Shown one piece after another: positions 13,994 through 27,200 of a stretch of 64,000 nucleotides of DNA. The notes under the pieces were generated by a model, which made no database searches, had not been told where the DNA came from, and saw only the letters and a list, made by a program, of their open reading frames with translations. The first letter of the stretch is position 1. Every line of letters starts with the position of its first letter. The translations under genes and the position numbers were made by a program. This DNA is from Vairimorpha necatrix. Its lineage: Eukaryota. The stretch is taken from positions 434,001 through 498,000 of the forward strand of contig CP142726.1 in NCBI GenBank assembly GCA_036630325.1, in the 5' to 3' direction.

Positions 13994-16900
13994 TGTTGAC
14001 GTTAGCCGAAATATGAGGTTTTAGAGTATTCTTTTTATTATTGCCCATCCTCATAAATTCGAGGATGTATTTATATTTAATTCTGAAACGTTGTTTCAGA
14101 ATTATCATGTTTCAGATGTCAAGAAGACAATCTGATTGGTCCGGACTATCCGCCGTCCACACTCTCCCCTTCATCAAATAAGATATCGTCTTTTCAGTTT
14201 CGGTTACAGCAACTAAATCTTTTCGATTAATATCAAATGTTTTCCCTCCATTACAACTTCTTATTTGATAAGCACCTTTGCCTTTCTTAGTGATAATTTC
14301 GAATTCTTCATCTTCGTATGGTGATTCGAATTTTCTCTTCAATAGTGCGTGTTTCTTTAAAAGAACTGTATCTCCTATGTCTAAGTCATTGGGGTCTGCT
14401 TTATATAAGTTTCGTTCGTTAGACTTAGCCTTTTTCTTATCTTCTACTTCCATTATTATTTCTTTAATAATATTTATTTTCTCTCTTTTCTGTCTTACAT
14501 ATTCAATTGGATCAACAAAATATAAATCAAAGTCTGATGGTATCTCAATTAAATTGCTTGGAACTAAAGGCTCTCTGCCGTATAGTAACATAAAGGGTGA
14601 CGCATTAAAGCGTTCCACTATACCAATCCTATATTGCATTAACACATAAGGGAATACTCTATCCCAGTTCTGTTCATGATCTACCATGGCTTTTGATATT
14701 TTTTCTATCATGGTCTTGTTTGTTCTCTCTGCAAGACCATTAGCTTGTGGGTGGTATGGAGATGAATGTTTAAATCTACTTCCCCATAACTATGCTATTG
14801 AGTTTACTAGTTTATTTGTGAACTCTAATCCCTGATCACTCCTGATCGTTTTGACCGTCCCATGTCTTGAGAATACGTCTTCCACTAGAAATCTTGCTAT
14901 CTCTTCTGCCGATTTCTTTTTTAGAACTTTACCCTCAACCCATTTAGTAAAGTAGTCGGTTGCGAGAACAATGAATTTGTGTCCTGATTTCGACTTTGGC
15001 AGTGGACCGATGCAGTCGATCCCAATTTCCATGAATGTTCCTTCTACATTTGTTGGATATTGTTTGAACGGTCTATTCCTTTTAAATTTTAAACATGTTC
15101 CACATGTTCTCAATATATCTTTCACTCTATCTCGAGATATTCCTGATCCCGCATGATGTATCTTCAAAAAATTGTACGTGTTATTGGCACAACTATGTCC
15201 AGTTAAGGAATGAGCTTCTAAGATTAATTTCGTAGACGCCCCATCGCCATCTTCCTTGGTTATTGATTTTAATTGGACTCTTGAAAGGCAGTCTGCTACT
15301 ACATTATCTTTCCCTTTCTTATATTCAATCACAAATTCCATGTCTGCCAGGAACATCAACCATCTAGCAATCCTTCCTTGTGGATTCTTGACTTTATAAA
15401 GCCATACAAGAGATTTGTGATCTGTTCTTATGACAAATTTTTTATGTAAATAGTTTTTAAAAGTCTTCACCGCATAAATTATTGCAAGAGTTTCCTTTTC
15501 AAGTGTAGGATAGTTCCTCTCAGCAGGCATTAGATTTCTGCTACAGAATCTGATGACCACATCCTTCTGATTCTTTTTCTGTTTGAGAACACCGCCTATA
15601 CAATAATCTGATGCATCTGCTTCTATTATGAACATCTCTTCCATATTTGGGAGTTCTAAAAACGCCGAATTTATTAATTCTAGTCGTAAGTCATTTACAG
15701 TTTTCTCGACTTCAATTTTTGAAAATTCTCTTTTCCTATTGATTATTTCGTTTAATATAAATGTTTTACTAGAAAAATTCTTAAAATAGTTTCTGAAGTA
15801 GCCTATTCCGCCAACAAATGAGTGTAACTGTTTAATAGTTTCTATCTTTAGCTTATCTTTAAAAGGACCTAGTCTCTTTTCATCTGGGAATACCTTTCCA
15901 TCCATTACTGAATGACCTAATAAATCCACCCTCTTCGTGCAGAAAACGCTTTTCTCAGTACTTATTTTAAGTCCGTTTGCTAACAAGACTTGAAGGACCT
16001 CTCTTACATCTCTGTGGTGTTCTTCATGCGTTTTACTATATATGGTAATGTCGTCCATATAAACTACGACTTTGGAATTTATTAAATTTCTGAAAACTCC
16101 ATACATTAGTCTCTGGAATGTTGCCGGGGCATTAGTTAAGCCGAAAGGCATCATTCTATATTGAAACTTACCTACTGGTGACATAAAGGCTGTCAACTCT
16201 TGTGACTCTGGATCCATGGGCACTTGATGATACCCCTTTTCTAGATCTAATTGTGTGAAATATCTGGCTCCACTCAATGAATTAAGGCACTCCTCAATAG
16301 TTGGAGGCTGGCAAACTTCTTTTACCGTTCGATTATTTAATTCTCGATAATCTATACACATCCTGTGTCCTCCCGTGCGTTTTTTAACCACTACTATAGG
16401 TGCATTCCACCTACTCACGCTTTCTGTTATGATTCCATTTTTAGCCAACTCTAGGCATTCGTTAATTATGAACTCCTTCTTTTTACCGTTCATAGTATAA
16501 CTTCTCATATTAGCTATTGTCACGTTGGGGCGTAAATCAATTTTATGGGCTATTCCCAACGTATTGCTGAGACCTTCTTCACGTCCTTTCAGCCTTTCAA
16601 AGTAGTCTTTGACTAATTCCAACGTTGTGTTACATGTGCTGTGAACACTTGGCTGTCGTGATGTCTCTTTAGATATATGTCTTAACTCCAGACAATCCAT
16701 ATTTTTTTTTATATTTCCGGTTTTTAATATATTTTTCCCAAGAGTAATTCTTTTGTTATGGAAATCAATCGCTCCTTTGTTTATTTCCAAGAAATCTCTT
16801 CCTAATATTACATCTTCGCTTAATGGACACATCACCTGGAGGGGGATTTTGTACCTCTTTCCTTCAATCTCCAGGACTCCATTAATGCTACCATAACTAG

Positions 16901-18016
16901 AAACTATACCAGTGGCAGTTGTTATGCGTTCTCTTCTCATGTTTTCTAACTTACATTCTTGTATGAGACTTTTATCTATAAACGAATGCGATGCTCCTGT
17001 ATCTAGTAAGGCATTAACAGTTTTATTATAAATTTTGACTTTTAAATAAACTAAATCAGTTTTATTTTCATTGACTTCGTTGAGTTTTTTAGTGTCTTTA
17101 GAAATAATTTGAGCCCTTCTAGAACTTGAATAAGCCGCTTTTTCTTTCTTCAGATTTTGGTTTTTGCTCGGACATCTACTCGCATAATGTTGCCCTCCGC
17201 AGTTAAAACATGAAATTTCTGCTTTAGTATCTTTTCTCTGTTTTGTTATTAAAGATGAGTTTTTAGACTTTATTTCTGGTGTAATTTTATTATATTTACC
17301 TAATCTTTTAATAAAATCTTCGTTATCATTTAAGATTTTGATGATGCTCTTCCAGTCCATCGACTCTTTTACTTTGTCGTGAAGAACAGTTGGGAAAAAC
17401 TCGATCAGTTCCATTTTGACTGTATTAAACTCTAATTTAGCTTTCCTATTCTGGGTTATAACCTCCATTATGAAATCTTCCAGGCCACTTTCGTTAGGAC
17501 CAGATATTAATATTCTGTATAACTCTTTGATTTCATTTCTTGTCGTTTGTTTATTTACACCAAATTTAGTTATAAGAGCTTGTTTAAAACTGATGAAGTC
17601 AGTATATTCGATTTCTTCCATCGCTATCATCCATTTTTTTGCTCTTCCCACGACATAGGGTTTCATATAGGATAGAAGTTTTTCGCCTTTCCATTCCCCT
17701 TCTAAATACGAGAATTGTTCCAGCCATAGCTCAACTTCCATGCCTCCTTTACCACTGAATGGTCTTATGCCATCCTTCCTGAAGCCCACTGCTTCTAGTA
17801 AAGTACTTAATCTGTCCTTCTCAACAGATTGGTTTGCGTTGTCGCCAGTGTTGACGTTAGCCGAAATATGAGGTTTTAGAGTATTCTTTTTATTATTGCC
17901 CATCCTCATAAATTCGAGGATGTATTTATATTTAATTCTGAAACGTTGTTTCAGAATTATCATGTTTCAGATGTCAAGAAGACAATCTGATTGGTCCGGA
18001 CTATCCGCCGTCCACA
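13994..18016 (-). mobile_element. Near-intact Ty3/Gypsy LTR retrotransposon with 168-bp LTRs
   Basis: LTRs at 13994-14161 and 17849-18016 look identical (TG..CA). CATTTG flanks both ends. Minus strand shows PBS TGGCGAC and PPT GAAGGGGAGAG. Confidence 0.97.
14112..17963 (-). pseudogene. gag-pol (knuckle-PR-RT-RH-IN) with one in-frame TAG in integrase
   Basis: CFNCGGQHYASRC, LLDTGAS, YMDD, EADAS, H..GH..C..C, GIDCIG, SDQG. TAG at 14790-14792 is followed in frame by LWGSRFKHSSPYHPQANGLAERTNKT, joining ORF 14112-14711. Confidence 0.92.
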
Positions 18017-19857
18017 CATTTGTAAAAAAGTCTTTAATGATTCGTATTTTTATTTTTTAATCCAATACAAACAACTAATGTTATTGCCTCCTGTTTATTC
18101 TATCTTAATTACTAACAATTTTTTTCCAAGGACAAAAAGCATAGATCATGCAAAAATATCCAATTTCCGCTCCGATCAATCTTCTCTATGTATTATTCTT
18201 ATAATATTGACGTTTTTTTGACGACAATAAGATTTCCTAGCAGGAAATATGTTTCGGAATATTTAATAGGACAAGTCTCACGTTGTTATTACAATTGAAA
18301 CATTTTAACAAAGTTTTTATATGTCAAAATACATTTAAATGTTTGTAGGCTTAAATTCACTTTTCGACTATGAATTCTTCGATTTGGTTAGTATTACAAG
18401 GAAGGTGTATATGAGAATTTTTTATATGATACAAGTATGATGTACATTATGTAGTACATTAAAATCACAAATATTAAATTAAATAAATCTATTTTTCAGT
18501 TTTTTATCGTTTTTGTGTTGTTCGTAAATATTACTGGCACCTTGAAGTAATGAATGTTGCTCGTGTGTAAGAGAAAAACGCCAATATACTTCGTTGTATA
18601 TTTTTTAATCACGATAGTAATGTAGCATAAGATTTCCAAATACAGACAAATTAATTACAATATTGCAACAAATTGATGCGGACTACATTTCTTCTTTATA
18701 GTATGAAACATATCTTTCTTAAAAAGCAATAATTGATTCTTGTACATTTTTATCGATTTCTCTTAGAGTCTTTCATAATCATCACTAACAATGTGATATT
18801 ATAGAACGCTTTTCGTTTTCAAGTTTTTTATATGCAACAAGTTCTGAATTTTAAGACGATTATTTAGAGAATTTTTTATTTGTCTGGTTTTTATTTTCAA
18901 ATGCATAAGTATAATCCAAGCAAATATATTTTCTTCTTCTCTTTGTATCTCTCATGTCGCGAGAGTAAGGTCTGCTTCAACAATATATAGGCCCATCTAG
19001 GTGGCCATACTAAGCTCATGATCAAAAAAGATGTCATATTTTTTGATATATTAGGATTATGGTATGTTTTACAAATCTACTGAAGATGTATCTCTGATTT
19101 AGCATCACCAAGAAAATTCGATCTAAATCTCAGAGAATCGCATCTTTTTAGTTCTAAAAAGCATACACTTTTTATTAAGAAATGGAAAAAATTATGGTAA
19201 TTATGTTTTAGCAAATAACTTTAGTCAAAGAGGGATTTATACTGCTTACATTATAGATTGCATTTCATTTGTTTTTTTGGTATGGGCTGCTCATTCCGTA
19301 TGTGTATTTATATTCGTGATTGTCATAGGAGCTCTTGGGCTCTTACGAGTTTGACATTTCTTAATATTAAAAACTTTTATATTTTACCCTCGAGCAACAT
19401 ATACGGAAGGAGTCGAAAACTAAGAAATAATTTAATAATGACAGCAATAATCGTGAATTAACATGACATTTTTAACGTCGTGTATACTTTGTTGTTTAAA
19501 TCCTATGGTATAACTATAAACTGACATATTGAAAAAACATATCGCCATATCATTGATTTAAAACTTCTAAAAAATCCATTAAAAGTATCCAACATTTGTA
19601 ACCTAGGTGTTTAATGACAACCTTATCTTGCAGTTTTACCTCGAAAATAATTTTTTTGAAATGTTACAAATAAGTTAACAGAAATTCCATTTTTCCAACT
19701 GAGTACGGATTACATTGCTTATTAATGCTCCACTTCTCAAATACTTATCCTGTTTTTTTCCTTTTTATTTTCTAAACCAATGCTTTTTTCTAAATAAAAA
19801 ACGTTTACTATCCTCAAAGAATTTATGGTAAAAAATGTGTAATCTATTTTTATAATA

Positions 19858-22800
19858 TGTTATATATCCTTATTATTTTTACCCCTTATTATGGAAAATA
19901 AACACATGGGGGCGATACCAGAAAATGGGTCTACAAAGGAGGACCGTGGCCAAGAGGCTAGAATATTATTAAAAGAGGTTAAAAGGATTGTTTATGAGTT
20001 GTTTTTAGAGAAAATTGATGAGTGTGGATTTAAATTAGAAATTTTTAGGAGAGGTTCTATTTTATTGAGAAATTTTATTGTTGAGAGGATCTCGCAAGAG
20101 GGTAGTTGGAAGGAAATTGAGGAAAAATTAGAGTTGCTAGCTATTCAGGAGGAAAAGGAACAAGTGAAAAAAAAAGAATTTGAAGAGTTGTCCCTAGCGT
20201 TATGGGCTAAATTTGAGGAGAAGAATAAGTTGTCTCGTGAGGAAAATAAAAAGAATATGCGTTGCTACAATTGTGGGAAGTTAGGCCATAGTGTTAGATT
20301 TTGTAGGGGAATGAGGCGAGATTCTGAAGACAGAAGAAATAAAAGTAGTTTTAATTATGTTGGTAAATGTAAAGTGCAATTAGACTTAGAGGGTAAATGT
20401 GATGACGATTCCAATTCGGAAAAATGTGATTATTATAATGTTGATGGTGGGAAACGTAAGAAGAAAAATTTAGGGGATATACAAGATTATAGCAAAAGGG
20501 ACAATAATAAGAGAGTTCTGTTGAGAAGGGATGTAAGAGGCATCGCGTATTTAGAGGAGATTATTTCACGGGTAGGAGGAAGAGAGGATGAAGATATTAG
20601 TTTTTGTAAGGTTGAAAAATGTATTATCAAGACTCAAGAAGGCAAGAAAGTTGTTAAAAAAGGGCAGGCTATAGCTCAGGCTTTGTTGAAGAAGACGGAA
20701 GATTATATTAATAGTTTGGAAAGAAGAAAGATAATTAGAAGGTCGACATTTGACTGGAGAAATCCCATTAGAGCGATTGAGAAACCGAATGGTGATATAA
20801 GATTAGTAAGTAATTTAATTGCTCTTAATGACATTGTAGAGAAGGATCCTTATGAGTTAACTAGGATAAGAGATGTTATTAGAAGTACACAGGGATCTGA
20901 ATTTTTTACCGTGATAGATCTAAAGGAGGGGTTTTATAGTATTGAGATTGAAGAGAAGGATAGGTTTAAGACGGCTTTTGAGTTTAATAAAAAGGTATAC
21001 GAGTGGAATTCGATGGTCATGGGGTTTAAAAACTCACCGCAGATATTACAAAGAATAATGAATGGGATTTTTGAAAAATTTATTGGTAAGGGAATCGAAA
21101 TTTATATGGACGATATTGTGATTCATAGTAAGACAAGAGGGGGTCACGACAAATTGTTGAAAGAGGCTGTGGATATATTAGAGGAGAATAGTATGAAAAT
21201 TAATTTGGCTAAGGTTCAATTATGTAAACGAGAGGTGATGTTGTTAGGAGTAACAGTTAATGGCAAGGAGATACTGCCATCTGAAATAAAGCAAAATGAA
21301 GCGTTAGAATTTCCCAAACCGGAGTGTGTATCAGATGTTAGGAAGTTTCTTGGGCTGGCTGGATGGTTTAGAAATCATATTGATAATTATGCAAAACGTA
21401 CATTGGCGTTGACGGATTCTCTTAAAGGACGAGGGAGTAATTGGAAATGGACAGAAGAAATGGAAAAAGAATATATTAGTTTAAGGGAAGTGATTAGGGA
21501 TTTAAAAGGTTTAGCAATTGTTAATTATAATAAGGAATTTTTGTTACGCACGGATGCGAGTAATGTTGGAATGGGTGCTGTTTTAATGCAGGAAGATGAT
21601 CAAGGTAATTGGGTACCAGTACAGTGGGCATCAAAAAAGTTTACGCCTACGGAAACGAGATATGGAATCAGTGAGAAGGAGATGTATGAAGTCTTTTGGG
21701 GAATTAAAAAGTTTGAATATGAACTACGCGGAAGAAGATTTAGGGTAGAAACTGATCATAAGGCATTGATCGAGATTAGAAATAAACCAGCATTTAACAA
21801 TAATAGAATTAACAGGTGGATTGAAAAGATTCAAGAGTTCGACTTTAGCATTGAATATAGAGAGCCTAGTACCATGGTTGTAGCAGATGCACTGAGTAGG
21901 GTACATGAAAATGAGAAAACGCTAATGAATAAGGAGAGAAGTATTAAACAGGCACAGGGTAAGTGGGACAAGCATGTTAAAGTTGTTGATGGGAAGGAAA
22001 TTTGGGTATTTGACTCTGGTAGAGAAGCGGAGATTCCAAAGAAAGAATTGCGTGAAGGTTTAATTGTCAATGCTCATGAAAATTTGGGACATAGAAGTTT
22101 AGGATCAGTGTACTATGCAATGAAGTTTGAATTTTATTGGCCGGGTATGAAGAAGGATATCGAGGATGTTTTAAAGAAGTGTGAAGTTTGCCAAATATAT
22201 AATAGGAAAAAGAGTGGTGGTTGTGATTTTGTTAGTTCAAGATTTTATTTGGAAAAGGTTGCTTTGGATTTGATTGAGTTTAGAGATTTAGGGAAATATG
22301 TGTTGGTCGTGATTGATTATTATACTAGGATCGTTTGGGGAAAAGTAATAGAGGACAAACGCGGAAGCTCGGTTGTAGGATTTTTAAAACAGTTGTGTGG
22401 ATCAGGAATGAAACCGGTAGAAATAATTACTGACAACGGTAAAGAATTTAGTAATGAATATATGAGGAATTGGTGTTCAGAGGAAAATGTATTACATAGG
22501 AAAGTAAGCGTAGAAAGTCATAGAAGTAATGGAAGAGTGGAAAGGGTAATAGGAACCATAAGAGAAGGAATATTGAAAGATGATGCTGTGGATTTTGAAG
22601 CCAAGGTTAATAGATGTATATGGCGTTATAATAACAGCTATCATGAAGGGTTGAGATGTACACCATTTGAGGCCTCAAGAGACGAAACGGGCCATGTTAT
22701 GATCGAGAATGGACCTGAAGGATTTTATAGTAGGAGGTTTGTGGCTCGCAAAAGAGAGAAATTCTATAAAGGTCAGAGAGTTATGGTAGCGAAGAAAGAG

Positions 22801-23041
22801 AACTTATCGGGTTGTAGTAAGTATGAGAAAGGAAGGTTTTTAGGATATGGTGTTATCAAGGAAGTTTGCGGAGCTGACTCGTACTTAGTTAGTTTGGAAA
22901 ATGGTAGGATCGTGAAAAAGCGGCATTATGATTTAAAAGGTCTGCTTGGGATTAATGAGTTCTAGTATGAGACTACCGTCTTGGAGGGGGGATGTTATAT
23001 ATCCTTATTATTTTTACCCCTTATTATGGAAAATAAACACA
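19858..23041 (+). mobile_element. Intact-looking Ty3/Gypsy element with identical 49-bp LTRs
   Basis: TGTTATATATCCTTATTATTTTTACCCCTTATTATGGAAAATAAACACA at 19858-19906 and 22993-23041. TSD TAATA at 19853-19857 and 23042-23046. PBS TGGGGGCG at 19907; G-rich PPT at 22983-22992. Confidence 0.97.
19891..22965 (+). CDS. gag-pol polyprotein (knuckle, RT, RNase H, integrase; no recognisable protease)
   Basis: Uninterrupted 1024-aa ORF: CYNCGKLGHSVRFC, IDLKEGF, YMDD, RTDAS, DALSR, HENLGH..CEVC, LDLIE/TDNG/RVERV. Confidence 0.95.
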   Translation: MENKHMGAIPENGSTKEDRGQEARILLKEVKRIVYELFLEKIDECGFKLEIFRRGSILLRNFIVERISQEGSWKEIEEKLELLAIQEEKEQVKKKEFEELSLALWAKFEEKNKLSREENKKNMRCYNCGKLGHSVRFCRGMRRDSEDRRNKSSFNYVGKCKVQLDLEGKCDDDSNSEKCDYYNVDGGKRKKKNLGDIQDYSKRDNNKRVLLRRDVRGIAYLEEIISRVGGREDEDISFCKVEKCIIKTQEGKKVVKKGQAIAQALLKKTEDYINSLERRKIIRRSTFDWRNPIRAIEKPNGDIRLVSNLIALNDIVEKDPYELTRIRDVIRSTQGSEFFTVIDLKEGFYSIEIEEKDRFKTAFEFNKKVYEWNSMVMGFKNSPQILQRIMNGIFEKFIGKGIEIYMDDIVIHSKTRGGHDKLLKEAVDILEENSMKINLAKVQLCKREVMLLGVTVNGKEILPSEIKQNEALEFPKPECVSDVRKFLGLAGWFRNHIDNYAKRTLALTDSLKGRGSNWKWTEEMEKEYISLREVIRDLKGLAIVNYNKEFLLRTDASNVGMGAVLMQEDDQGNWVPVQWASKKFTPTETRYGISEKEMYEVFWGIKKFEYELRGRRFRVETDHKALIEIRNKPAFNNNRINRWIEKIQEFDFSIEYREPSTMVVADALSRVHENEKTLMNKERSIKQAQGKWDKHVKVVDGKEIWVFDSGREAEIPKKELREGLIVNAHENLGHRSLGSVYYAMKFEFYWPGMKKDIEDVLKKCEVCQIYNRKKSGGCDFVSSRFYLEKVALDLIEFRDLGKYVLVVIDYYTRIVWGKVIEDKRGSSVVGFLKQLCGSGMKPVEIITDNGKEFSNEYMRNWCSEENVLHRKVSVESHRSNGRVERVIGTIREGILKDDAVDFEAKVNRCIWRYNNSYHEGLRCTPFEASRDETGHVMIENGPEGFYSRRFVARKREKFYKGQRVMVAKKENLSGCSKYEKGRFLGYGVIKEVCGADSYLVSLENGRIVKKRHYDLKGLLGINEF

Positions 23042-26000
23042 TAATATAAAGATTATAAAAGACAATTTATATATTATGTTTTGACTAGCATGGAAAGCTG
23101 TCGTAAAGCAGTCAATTTAAAATCTTATTTACTACATTACGGATATCATAAAAAATAGGAGAATTAAAAAAAGTACCAGACAATTAAAAAAAAAATTTAA
23201 ATCATTCAAACGGGAAGCAGGGGTTGTTTAAACCTCTGTTTATTACATAAAATTAGAGATTAATGCTGAAATAAAAGAACAAATAGTATATATACTTTTC
23301 AATCCGAAATATCTAACTGATTTTTTTGCATTTACCATCTATTATAAATCTAGAATTTGAACAAATAATTTAAAAAGAAAAATATCGAAGAGATCAAAGA
23401 AATAAATAATTTGTTTTGATTGTTTAGGTATGAAGACCTCGTTTTTCGTTGTTATTTTTAAATTAAAATTCAATTACTGGCCTTCGAAAAATATAAACAA
23501 TTTTCTTGATAATAGCGCTTTTTATGAACAATTTCTAATCTTTCTTTTAATTAAGTAGTAAAAATGCCAAATAAATTATTGGAATTTGTGCAATGAAAAA
23601 AAGTCATCCAAATACAGCCACAAACAAATGCTTAAGCTCATTAAAGTTCAACTTTGGTAAATCAAACCTCAAAGCACAAGTATTTATATTCTGAAATTAT
23701 AACTTTTCGTGTAAAATCGATCGAAATTAAATTTCAGTTTTTATTACAACGTAGGATGAAAAAAATTCTTAATACTATACTTATTTCAAAAACTAAGGTA
23801 ATCCCGGGGAATTTTCTATGTTCGCGCTAGAAAAATGCATTCGATACTTGATTTTAAACGAAATTAACATATTTATTTGACAGTTTAAAGATTATAATTA
23901 TTATTTTAGAGATTTATCAACGTTGATGTTGCATCTACGATAATGAATATACACAATGGTTTTTTGACAATTTAAAAAAAGATACCCTAATCTTGATTGG
24001 CGTTCATTGAATATCATTGAGAAGATTACATGCAAAAATAACCTAAAAATTTATATGTAATGAAACCATAAAAAAAACCTTTTTAAGTAGAGCAAGGAAA
24101 AATCGCCATATGTTTATGATGATATCATAAAAGACTATTTGAATATGATAAGAATTTAATTATGCATATTTTAATCTGTACTATGACGAATTAAAGAAAT
24201 CGAAAAATAAAAAAGAGTCTATAATAAGTAGAATATAATATATTTTTATCTTTTTTCCGTCTATCTGTATGAATTACAATCTCATAAATTATAAAATGTT
24301 TATTTCGATAAATTAAAAGCAATGTTTTATTAGACAATCAAAGTTTTATTATGTGTTTTTGATTAATCTTATAAATAATACAATTTATATTAGAATTATC
24401 ATAATATGCTTCACTTGTTTTGAATTTCAAAAGGTATTTCGTATAATTGAAAATTTAAAATAATTATTGAGTTTGATATAAATCAAAATGCGATCATTGT
24501 TTCAAGTAGAACACGAATCATGATATTAAATTTAGGAAGATGGCTGTGAAAATTTCTAAAATATTTTTAAAAAAATTGCTTTGATTTGACATAAAACTAT
24601 AAAAGATTTGACATTTGGAAAGATAGAAATCAAAGGATATTATTTCTTTTTTTCTCGAAATTCGGCAGTCAAAAAACAACTTATAAATAAAAAATCGGTA
24701 TGAGTTTTGCAACACATCTTAAGTGTTATTTCAAATATGTAAGATACTAGTGCATTGTGTCAGTAAATTTAATTTTTTTTCCTATTCAAAATAGATGTAA
24801 TTGCCATTGACTTCACTGTGTGTTTTTTTCCTTGATTCAAATTAAAATTGCAGTATGGAAGTATTACTACGAGATATATGTAGAAGATTGTCTTTATAAA
24901 TTTCAAGGCTTTATAGTTTATCTTTAATTGCAATTTGTATTATTTTTTCAATAAACAACATGGACGTCTCCCAAAGGAATTTGGCTTGATTTATGTGTAG
25001 AGTTGCTTCCTTATACTATTTTTGATCTTTGTATATACTTGTCAGGTCGATTTCGGGATGATTATTAACATAAGATTTATGTATATTTAGTATGATTATA
25101 ACCCTATGCTAATTATTTAGATTGTTATATCAATAAAACGATAATAATCCTTCCAACACTCTGAATATGTATAGTTGTAAAACATGAAATTTGAAGTTTG
25201 GCACATGAAAGACTATATTTAATTATAAGCCCTCTAAAAAATTTATGTACTCGTTAAAATATTTTAAGAAAGGGCCTGAATACTTATAATTTTATATGTA
25301 AAATCTTTACTGGGATTTATTTACGTTGTATTCAAAGCAGAAATAAAGAACAGTCGAAATTACTTTAAACTGTATAAATGATAATTGCCAATTAATTAAC
25401 AAATCGTTTTTTAGTGTAATATAAATTTCAAAAGCTATAATTTAATATTGTGCTCTTGTAATGCTTTATAGGGCTAATATTTTTAAAATGTGGCAAGGTT
25501 TTTTATAATATATTGAAAATACATTACTTTGCAATTAATATTACAACATATAATTTATACTTTATTCTTATTTTTTTTAAAAAAGTTATTTTTTATACTC
25601 AAGCGTCTTAAAATACACAATTATTATAAAGGAACACATAATTTTATCAATTGTAACTAAAGTAAATATTAAATTAGTTGCGGCTATGTAACTTCGCACT
25701 CCCAGAAAATTACATGAAGCTATTGTTGTAGCTTAAATTAAGAAGTGAACTAGCTACTACACACGCTAATTATACAAAAGCCTCGAACAGAAATTGTCTT
25801 ACAAATGTAAAAGTATTCTGAGGAAAAACGAAAACAAAGAAACGACAAATTGATTAGTCTTTCTTTTTTGTATAAAATATATACTTTTAAATATTTTTCA
25901 TATAAAAACATCGAATTTCTAATCAGTATCATATATTCGTTTGTTTTGGCGTTTAAGATCTTAGTAAAGGATAAAATTGTTATATTTACACTTTGTATGC

Positions 26001-26539
26001 TTTGAAATGTTTGCATTTAATAAATAATAAAAAAATCTTTTTTTTTATTTTATACAAACATTATAGGATTTAGAATAAAATTTAAAAAATTTATTTGTTG
26101 TGTATATTTATGTCTATTAATTTTCTTTAAGTCTAATATAGTGCCCCGTTCTCAAGTACTTTGTGCTTCTATATTCTAGTGGTTTTCTTTCTCCTTGATT
26201 ATAATCAAAATCCAGCTTATATACTCCGCGACTGGCTATTATCAAACCTTCCAGAGACATTTTGATAATCCTCGTCTGTATATATGTCTTAGTAGAATAA
26301 TATTTGAATTTGTTTGTCAATAAAAACTCTTTTAGAAAATTTGTTGTTGTATTAAACGTTCCATGAATTAAAATAAAATATAAAAAGAAAAAATTTAAAT
26401 TTTTAAAGAAGGGGTCAATATCTATTTATTTACATAAATTATTAATTAATGTAATGTAATTTATAGATTATAAGATTACGGGAAATATATTAAAAGGTTG
26501 GGTCTGTTTGTAATGCACTTTATTCATGACCGGATTTTT

Positions 26540-27200
26540 TATATTTTTTATATGCATATAGTTAATGCGTTTTGTGTCCTTCAAACTATCCCCTTCTTTC
26601 TATCAATTTTATATACCACGCAAAAGTTGCTTTTTATGAGGGGTTCTCAATGTAATTAAAGCAATCTTAAAACCCCCATTTACAATCCCCGTTGAAATAA
26701 TTACGTTTATCTGTGTTTGAACGCTTATTTTATCTATTGGTTCGTTCCCTAGGCTCTTGTTATTCATAATTCATTCATCATCTCAATTAGATTCGATGGC
26801 CTTTCGTCGTCTTACAAATACGATGCTGATTCATCTTCGTATGCCCAGATGATATTTTAACACAATGGTGGAAAAATTGTTTCGCATTGATTTTTATGGA
26901 AGTCTATCGTTTATTTTTATACTGGTTCATGGAATTACATATCCCAAAGTCATCTCAAGATCGCATATTGCACTATATGTTTTATGCATCAAAATCTTCT
27001 ACACACCACATATAAAATCTGCTTTTGCGCGTCGCTTAGGTTACATCATCGAACTTTTTCTAAGTCTCATAATATTTCTAGGGAACCATCCTTCTACGAT
27101 TTATATTCTTTCATTGGATCGCTTACCCTAAAAAATGGTTCATCGACCTAAGCCCCTTTGGTTATTATTTCGTCATTATCTATACTACTCTCCAAATCTT
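26540..27200 (-). mobile_element. Highly decayed Gypsy RT remnant
   Basis: Only traces of DGSL, AF and GFK motifs, in changing frames on the minus strand. Confidence 0.35.

Noticed and set aside
26117-26415. Small secreted-protein gene (CCCC motif, hydrophobic N-terminal stretch)
   Set aside because: No in-frame ATG and no recognisable family; cannot be supported.
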